Both the position numbers and the translations under genes were made by a program. Source: Paragordius varius (Eukaryota > Animalia > Nematomorpha). From it: a DNA stretch of 64,000 nucleotides. Under the pieces are notes generated by a model. The model worked only from the letters and a program-made list of their open reading frames with translations. It was not told the origin of the DNA and searched no databases. The DNA is taken from the NCBI GenBank assembly GCA_964247055.1, contig OZ176059.1, positions 3,162,001 to 3,226,000 of the forward strand, given 5' to 3'. Positions 1-64,000 of the stretch are shown here, piece by piece (the first letter of the stretch is position 1; every line of letters begins with the position of its first letter).

Positions 1-534
1 AATAAAAAATAATAAAAAATAAAAAATCAAAATTATTTAAAAAATAAAAAAAAATTAAAAAAATTAAAAGTTTAAAAAAATAAAAATAAAAAAAAATAAA
101 ATTTTTTAAAAAAATATTTCAAAAAAAACAATTAATTAATACAAAATAAAATAAATTAAAAAAATCATTAAAAATAAAATAAAAAATTAATCAAAATTAA
201 AAGAATTACTTTTATAATCATTGAAGGCAAAATCTAAAATTTAATATTATTTAAAAACTAAAAAAATAAATTATTAAAAGAATAAATAAATAATTAATCA
301 ATAGAATAAAAAAAATAAATATAAATAAAAAAAAATATTAAAAATAAAAAAAAATAAAATATAAAATTAAAAAAATTATAAAAAGAAGTTAAAATAATTA
401 ATTTGAAAAAATAAAAATATATAAATAAATAAATATAAATATAAATTATAAAATAATAAATATAAAAATAAAAAAAACCCAAAAATAAATAAAAAATATT
501 AAAAAAAATAAAAAATTAAAAATAAAAAAAATAC

Positions 535-55891
<55,357 letters not shown>

Positions 55892-56014
55892 TTTTTATAA
55901 ATATAAAAAAATAAAATTTTCTAGCGATAGAATCAGCTGATACTGAAAAAATTCAAATCATATGGCGAATGAATGCATGAGCTTTATATGTTGACGTTTG
56001 TTGAATATTTTAAT
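55892..56014 (-). other. Probable 5'UTR part of the first coding exon, preceded by a UTR intron
   Basis: GC-containing stretch upstream of the ATG bounded by a TTTTTAG acceptor (56015-56016). Alternative AGs exist at 55921 and ~55944. Confidence 0.35.
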
Positions 56015-58149
56015 CTAAAAAATTAATTAAATTTAAATAAAATTGTTAAAATAAAAAATAAAATTTATAAATATATATTTAAATTAAAAAATTATGATTA
56101 AATAATATATAAAAAATGTAAAATATATAAAATTTAAAAGATTATATAAATCTATATTTTTAAATTTATATTTTAATTAAAAATAATTTGAATATAATAT
56201 ATTTTAAATTAAAAAATATAAAATATATAAATTAAATAATTAATTTAAAAAGTAAATTATATTAAAATAAAAATTTATGAATAATTACTTTATTTTTAAA
56301 TGATTTATAAATATTAAATAAAACTTTGAAAAAAGTAAAATATATTAATTAGAACTTAAATTTTATTTAAATAAAATTTAAAAAATATTTTAAATTAATA
56401 TATATATATATGATATTTATTTATAATATAATTAAAAAATTTAATAAAATTTATTAATTTTGAATAAATATTATTTTAATTAACTATTAATACAAAAAAG
56501 TGAATTATATTAAAAATTAATAAATCAATATATGAAAAGAATTTTAATTAAGTAATAATTTTAAATAATTTTTTTATGAAAAAATAAATTTTGTTAATAA
56601 TTTATAAATATAATATTAAAAATAATTAAAATTTTAAAATTAAAAATTATTATTTAAAATTGATTCAATTTTTTTTTAATTCTATAATTTAAATATAAAG
56701 TAAAATATAAATTTGTTAATAATTTAATAAATATATATATTTAAACATATAAATTTTTTAGAAATTATTTAATAAAATTTTTTAATAAATGAATATTTTT
56801 TAATTAAAATTACCTTTTCCCGAATCGATTGAAAAATATATTTTCGAAATTAATTTTATTATTAAAAAAATATAAAATATAAAATATATTAAAAAATATT
56901 AAAATATTTAATATATTATTATATAAATATAAATATTATTATTTATTTTCTTCAAAAAATATTATTATTTTTATTTAAAAATTTATAAATAAATTAATAT
57001 TTAAAATAATTTTTGATTTTTAATATAAATAAATAAAAACAAATATTTATTTATTTATTTTAATTAAAACTGTTAATTTCCGGATTTTTATAGAATAAAT
57101 ATTTTTTAAAATTAAAATAAAAAATAATATAATTTTAAAATTTAATTAATATATTTTTAAAATTTAAAGATAAAATATAATTTTAAAATTATCTAAAAAA
57201 ATTTTTAATTAATTTTATTTAAATTAAAAATTAAATTAAAAAATTAAACATCTGTTTTTTGTAGAACTCTTAGAGTTCAACGAAAAGGTTAATGATTTCT
57301 AGATAATTTTATTTTTTATTATTTTATATTTATTTTTTACTATTTTAAAAATTATTTTTTTTTTAAAATTTTATAAAATTTTATTAAATCAAAAAAATAT
57401 AAATTAATATATATTTTTAATTTAATTTATATAAAATAAATATTTTTCTTTAATTACTTAATTTTAAAAATATTATTTTATTTATTTTAAATTTAAATAA
57501 TTGTATTTTTTAATGTTAATTCAAATTTAATAAAAGCTATTTTAATTTTATTTAGAAATTATTATTTATTTTTAAAATTTTAAATTTTATTTTAATATAA
57601 ATATAATTTGCAAATAATATATATGTTTAATAAACTACATAATTTAATTTTTGAAATTTTTTTATTTTATAAAATATTTACAATTATTAAAAAATATTAA
57701 GTTTTAATAAAATATCTATAATATAAATTTTAAAGTATTTTTATATTTTTAAAAATGTATTAATTTTTGTTATAAGTTAAAAATTAAAGTTTATTTATCT
57801 AATAAAACTAGATTTTTTTATTTTTTTATATTTAATTTTAATTTTAAAATATTATAATATAAATAATATTTATTTTTTTATAAACTTTAAATGATTTTAA
57901 TTTAATATTTATTTAAATATTTTAAAAAAAGCTGATATTATTATACTACATTATTTTTAAAATTTGCACAAATGAATATGAATTTTAATATTTATATAAA
58001 TATCTTTATGTCAGCTGTTTTTTAATATATTTTTTATTTTAACTTTAAATTAATTGAAATTAAATTTATATTATTTTATTATTTATTTTTTAATTATTTT
58101 ATAATAATAGCTTAAACTTAGGGAAAAAATATTTTTAGTTAAAATTCTA

Positions 58150-60600
58150 AGAAATTTCCATTTTTTACTCAAATTTTACTAAAAAATTGGAAGGAATACT
58201 TTTTTTAAACTCTAAATTTTTCAAATTTTTGCTCATTTTTGAGAGTTAAGTTTTTACTCAATACCAGAAAAAACAAGTAATTTTTTTAACAATGCAAATA
58301 TTTCAAGTTTTTCCTCATTTTTGAGTGTTAATATGAGTTTTTAATCAAAAAATATTAGAAAAAAAGTAATTTTCTTTTAACAATGCAAATTTTTCAAGTT
58401 ATCCCTCATTTTTGAATGTTGATTCGAGTTTTCACTCAAAATATGTTGGAAGGGATACTTTTTATATAAAACACTCTAATTTTTCAAGTTTTCCCTCTTT
58501 TTGATTGTTGATTTGAGTTTTTACTAAAAATATTAGAAAAAACTAGTAATTTTCTTTTAACAATACAAATTTTTCAAGTTTGCCTCATATATAAATGTTG
58601 ATACGAGTTTTTACTCAAAAAATGTTAGAAAAAAAGTAATTTTTCTTTAACAATGCAAATTTTCCAAGTTTCTTCTCATTTTTCAGTGTTGATTCGAGTT
58701 TTTAATCAAGAAATATTAGAAAAAAGTAATTTTCCTTAAACAATGCAAATTTTTCAAGTTTCTCATTTTTGGGTGTTGATTCGAGTTTTTAATCAAAAAA
58801 TATAAGATAAAAAAGTAGTTTTCATTTAAAAAATAAACTCTAAATCTTTCAGGTTTCCCTCATTTATGAATGTTAATTCGAGTTTTTACTCAAAAAATAT
58901 TAGAAGAAATAAATAATTTCTTTTAATAATTCATTTTTTAAGTTTTTTCTCATTGTTGAATGTTAATTCGAGTTTTTACTCAAAAAATATTAGAAGCAGA
59001 AAGTAATTTTCCTTTAACAATGCAAATTTTTCAAGTTATTCCTCATTTTTGAATGTTGATTTGAGTTTTTACTCAAAAAATATTAGAAAAAAATTAATTT
59101 TCCTCTAACAATGCAAATTTTTTTTGTTTTAACTGATTGATTCGAGTTTTTACTCCAAAAATATTAGAAAAAAAATTATTCATTAACTCTAAATTTTTCA
59201 AGTTTTCCCTCATTTTTGAGTGTTGATTTTAGTGTTTACTCAAAAATATAAGGGAAAAAAAATTTTCTTTAACAATGCAAATTTTTCAAGTTTCCCCTCA
59301 TTTTTTAGTGTTAATTAAAGTTTTTACTCAAAAAATATTAGAAAAAAAATAATCTTTAACAATGCAAATTTTTCAAGTTTCCCCTCATTTTTCAGTGTTG
59401 ATTCGAGTTACTCAAATGATATTAGAAAAAAAGTAAATTTCTACAATGCAAATTTATCAAGTTTAACCTCATTTTTATGTGCTGATTAGAGTTTTTTTTC
59501 AAAAAATTTGGTAAAAAAAGTAATTTTCCTTTAACAATGCAAATTTTTCAAGTTTTCCCTCATTTTTGAATGTTGATTCGAGTTTTAACTCAAAAAAATA
59601 GAAAAAAGTAATTTTCGTTCAAAAATGCAAATTTTCAAGTTATCCCTCATTTTTAAATGTTGATTCGAGTTTTAATCAAAATATATTAGGAATGATAATG
59701 CAAATTTTTCAAGTTTTCCTTCATTTTTGAGTGTTGATTCGATTTTTTATTCAAAACTAAACTCTAAATTTTTCCTGTTTCCCTCATTTTTGAATGTTGA
59801 TTCGAGTTTTAACTTAAAAAAATTAGAAAAAAAGAAATTTTCCTTCAAAAATGCAAATTTTTCAAGTTATCCCTCATTTTTAAATGTTGATTCGAGTTTT
59901 TACTCAAAATATATTAGGAATGATAATGCAAATTTTTCAAGTTTTCCTTCATTTTTGAGTGTTGATTCGATTTTTTATTCTAAACTAAACTCTAAATTTT
60001 TTAGGATTTTCCTCATTTTTGAATGTTGATTCAATGAAAATTTTCCAAGTATTTCTCATTTTTAAATGTTGATTCGAGTTTTTACTCAAGAAAAAGTAAT
60101 TTTCCTTAAACAATGGAATTTTTCAAGTTTTCCCTGATTTTTGACTGTTGAATCGAGTTTTTTTATCAAAAAATATTAGAAAAAAGAGTAATTTATGTTT
60201 AATTAAAATTTTTCAAGTTCACTATAATTTCGAGAAATCTAAATTTTCAATGTAAATAAATCTGAATTTTTCAAGTTTTCACTCATTTTTGAGTGTTGAA
60301 TCGAGTTTTTACTCAAAAAATATTAATTTACTTTAACAATGCAAATTTTTGAAGTATCTCTCATTTTTAAATGTTGAGAATTTTACTCAAGAAGTATTTT
60401 TCCTTTAACAATGGAAATCAAGTTTTACCTCATTTTTAACTGTTGATTCGAGTTTTTAATCAAAAATATTAGAAAATAGAATTTTCCATTAATAATCGAA
60501 ATTTTTCAAGTTATTATCACTATAATTTCGGGAAATCTTTATTTTTTATGTAAATAAATCTTAATTTTTCAAATTTTCACTCGTTTTTCTAAAAACTTCG
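58150..60600. repeat. ~90-bp tandem satellite (~25 diverged units) with a ~228-bp higher-order duplication
   Basis: Unit approx AACAATGCAAATTTTTCAAGTTTTCCCTCATTTTTGAATGTTGATTCGAGTTTTTACTCAAAAAATATTAGAAAAAAAGTAATTTTCCTTT recurring every 84-92 bp. ~59600-59830 is repeated nearly exactly at ~59830-60050. Confidence 0.9.
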
Positions 60601-61169
60601 AGAGCTAATAACCTTATAAAGTATTAAAATATCAGAAATATCTGTTTTTAGAGAAACATATTTTTATTATTAATAATGTGCAAAAAAAATAATTTTATTT
60701 AACTATAAATAGTATTTTTTCTAAATTTCATTCTTTTAACAATTTATTTCATTCACTTATAAATATGGCTAAAAATTTTTACTCAAAAAATATGAAAAAT
60801 ACCAAAATATAAAATTTCCCAATTTAAAGTTTTTAATAACAAATTTATACTGCAAATTTTATTTTTTTATTTAAAAATAATCAAAACTCGAGACTTAAAA
60901 AATAGCATTAAAAATATTAATTTATAGCTCAAAATTTAGAAAACAACTAAATTTTTACTATAAAACGAAAAAATTTTAATAATTTATGTTTCTCCCATTA
61001 TTCTTATTTTCCTTAGAACAAATAATAATTTACACTTTTAGATGAATTTAATCATCAATTTTCTTTTTATTTTTTTTTAATTTTTATCTTTAATTTTATT
61101 AAATTTGCTATTTTTGTTTTGTTTTATTATATTTTTATATTTTGATTTCAAAAAATCATTTTATTACAA

Positions 61170-61995
61170 CTCTTATTCTTCCAGAATATTTTACTCTTCC
61201 ATATGAAAAGTTTCGCACAAAGATGTCGCTTATTTTCATTTTTTTTATTTTTTAATCCAAAAAGTAACTAATTTTCATTAAATTTCAATAATTTTTCATT
61301 TTTTTAATTATTTAATTATTTTATTATAGTATTTTTTTTTCTTTTTTTTTCTTTTTCTTAAGAAGTAATTTCAAATTATTCCACTCTTCAAAAAAATTTT
61401 CTCTTCCATATGAATTGTTTCGCTCAAAGATGTCGCATTTTTTTATTTTTTATTTTATATTTTTTGAATTTTTTTTTATTTTATATTTCTTTGTAAATAA
61501 ATTATTTTTTTATTTCTCCTCTTGTGGTAATCAATTTTTTTTATTTTAAATTACTTTAAATTTCGTTATTTTTTTTATTTTTTTTTTGATTTTACAAACC
61601 TTGATGTTCATTAAATTTTAATAATTTATTTCAATTTTTTAATTATAAAATTATATTTATAAATCTCTTGCAAATGGTCTCTTCCATAAATCTGAGTTTT
61701 TTTTTAATAATATGAGTTTAAAAACCAAGTTATAATTTTATACTGTAGAAATAAACTTGATTTAATGGAAAATTTGCAATTTCCAAATATTTATTTTTTT
61801 TGTGTTAGAAATTCGAGTTTTTGCTCTAAATACCTGTCAACTATACAAATATTTTTTTTAAACCAGAATTCATAATTAAATTTTAGAGAGAAAGCTTAAT
61901 TTACTGGAAAATTTGCAATTTCCAAGTATTTATTTATTTTGTGTTAGATATTCGAGTTTTTGCTCAAAATACCTGTCAACCATGCTATTTTTTAT
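61170..61995. repeat. Pairs of diverged local duplications upstream of the gene
   Basis: CTCTTCCATATGAA..GTTTCGC.CAAAGATGTCGC at ~61190 and ~61400; AATTTGCAATTTCCAA...TTCGAGTTTTTGCTC...ATACCTGTCAAC at ~61770 and ~61910. Confidence 0.65.
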
Positions 61996-63519
61996 CTTAA
62001 ACCAGAATTTGTAGTTAAATTTTAGGAAGAAAACTTGATTTTATTGGAATTAAAAATTAATTTTGTTAAGAACAATATTCATTTAAAATACAGTAAAAAC
62101 TGGCATTCTACTGGAAAAATTTCTATTTTTTAGTAAAATTTTCAAAGAAACCTTCACATTTACTGATAATATCACATACTTTTCAAATCTTAAGTAATAA
62201 ATTTTAGTTTATATCTAAAGATTTAGGAAAATATCTAAATTTTTACTGTAAAAATTGCGAATTTTTAAAATTCATACTCATTTCTTAAGTTTTGAAATAA
62301 TTCTAAGCAAAAACTCCATTTTTTTTCTAAAAAAAACAGAATAAATTTTTTTTTATTAGAAATAACTCTGAATAAGTTTTTTCATCTTTTGAGAATTATA
62401 AATAAATTTTGTTAATATAAAAATTCATTTTTAAATAAGAAAAATTAAAAATAAATTAATTCTGTAAGAAATGTTAATTTTTTAAGTTTTTACTCATTTT
62501 CCTGAAAATTTTTATATTATTTAAAATAGAGAATCCTCTCGTCAAATATATAAAATCTAATTTTTATTTTAAAACTTTAGAAAAATAATAATAATTTCTG
62601 AATATTAAGATTTTTTTTCATTAAATATAGCATTTTTTCTATATTATTTTTTTTAATTAATTAATTTGAATTAAAGTGCTAATTTATGTTAATTAACTAT
62701 ATTTATATTAATTTTTAATTATATTTCTATTATTTTTTAAAAAAATTTAAAATCATTTTATTTTTTTTATTATTTATTATATATATATATATATAACATT
62801 TCTCCCATATTGTCTAAAATATGACATTCCTTGAAAACATATAACTAATTACAGAATAGGAATTAATATTCTTTTCTTTCCTTATGAAATGTTTGGCTCA
62901 TAGATTCCCAATATATTATATTTTTTATTTTTTTAGATAAAATTAATTTTTATTATACAATAATTTATCAATTTTTTAAAACAGCAAAATATTTATAAAT
63001 CTTTTACTTATTGTCTCCTCCACAATTCTGAGTTAATAATTTGAGTTAAATAATATTAATTAATGTTATTAAAATATAAATGTTAAAATTTGTTTTTTTT
63101 AAATTTAATTATTTTTTAGGGAAAATTTAAAGAAAAATTTTATTTATTGTAATTCTTGATAATTTATCAAATTTTATCATAAATATTTACAAAAAACTCA
63201 TATTTTTTTAGTGAAAAATCAGAAAAAAAACTCAAATTTTGTTGAAAAAACTGAAAATTCTTCAACTTTTAACTCATTTATTCATGAATTATTCAGTAAA
63301 ATCATCAAAAAGTGTCAAAAATTCCAATTTTTAACAAAAATATTCATAATTTTAGTGTAAATTGTCTCAAAAATTCTTCATTTTAGTCAAAAAAAGAATG
63401 AAAATCAAGAATATTCATCATTCTTCAACAATATTCTTCATTCTTCTTTAGTAGTAGCTTAACATTTTCTTCATTCATTCATTCAATCTTGTATATGTGT
63501 GTGTGTCTCAACTAGAATC

Positions 63520-63790
63520 AACAACAAAAACCTTCTTCTCTCTCTTCTCTTCTTCTTCTTCTTCTTCATTTATTAATAGTAAGTGAGTGAATAAGTGTCC
63601 ATCACACACACATCAAATGAGTGATGACGTCATCACTCATTTGATGTGTGTGTGATGTTGTTGTTGTTACACTTCTCTCTCACACATCACTCTTGTTGTA
63701 GCTGTTGTTGTAGTTGTTGTTGGTGGTGTTGCACATCTCTCTCTCTCTCTCTCATTCTCTCTCATATATGTATGTGATGAAATGAGTGTC
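63520..63790. promoter_or_regulatory. Putative promoter/regulatory island: perfect 58-bp palindrome centred on TGACGTCA, flanked by (CT)n/(GTT)n tracts
   Basis: 63600-63657 pairs perfectly about 63628/63629 and contains a CRE/ATF octamer and CAAATG/CATTTG E-boxes. It is the GC-richest non-exonic island upstream of the collagen ATG. The function is inferred only. Confidence 0.4.
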
Positions 63791-64000
63791 ATTTGTTATT
63801 TTTGATATTATATATATGTATATATAAAGAATGAAAAATGTTATTTTTGAATGAAAAATTGTTATTTTTGAATGAAATATTTTATTTTTTGTTGATTTTT
63901 TGATATTTTTTGAATATTTTTTTTAATTTTATTCTTATTTTTGAGTATTTTTTTAATTATTTTTGTTGAAATTTGACATTTTTGATGATTTTTTGAGGAT

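Noticed and set aside
59727-60029. 100-aa ORF with internal repeats
   Set aside because: Translation of the ~90-bp satellite.

Overview
Extremely AT-rich metazoan genomic DNA (introns about 90% A+T by eye; host not identifiable from the window). Almost the whole window is one minus-strand gene, a clade-B (type V/XI-like) fibrillar procollagen alpha chain. I assembled it by hand from 59 GT-AG exons (ATG at 55891 down to 535; the last exon is off the left edge): signal peptide, TSPN domain, variable region, minor helix, a main helix of 338 Gly-X-Y triplets, an RTKR furin site and a COLFI C-propeptide. Intron 7 holds a 2540-bp Chapaev3-type DNA transposon (18-bp TIRs, TTA TSD). Its defective transposase becomes collinear with the family only after removing five 21-24-nt GT-AG segments, i.e. 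ultra-short introns, whereas every host collagen intron is at least 271 bp. Other unexplained structure: (i) about 85 CAGCTG E-box palindromes overprinted on introns and on exons in all three frames; (ii) about 30 partial exon-boundary copies ('splice-site echoes') tandemly amplified in flanking introns; (iii) six phase-1 helix introns and very degenerate donors; (iv) a 3.2-kb AAACCGGTTT-rich intronic array; (v) two MITE families, a ~90-bp satellite and a perfect 58-bp palindrome centred on TGACGTCA upstream of the gene. All counts and alignments are by eye and from recalled family consensus; no searches were run.
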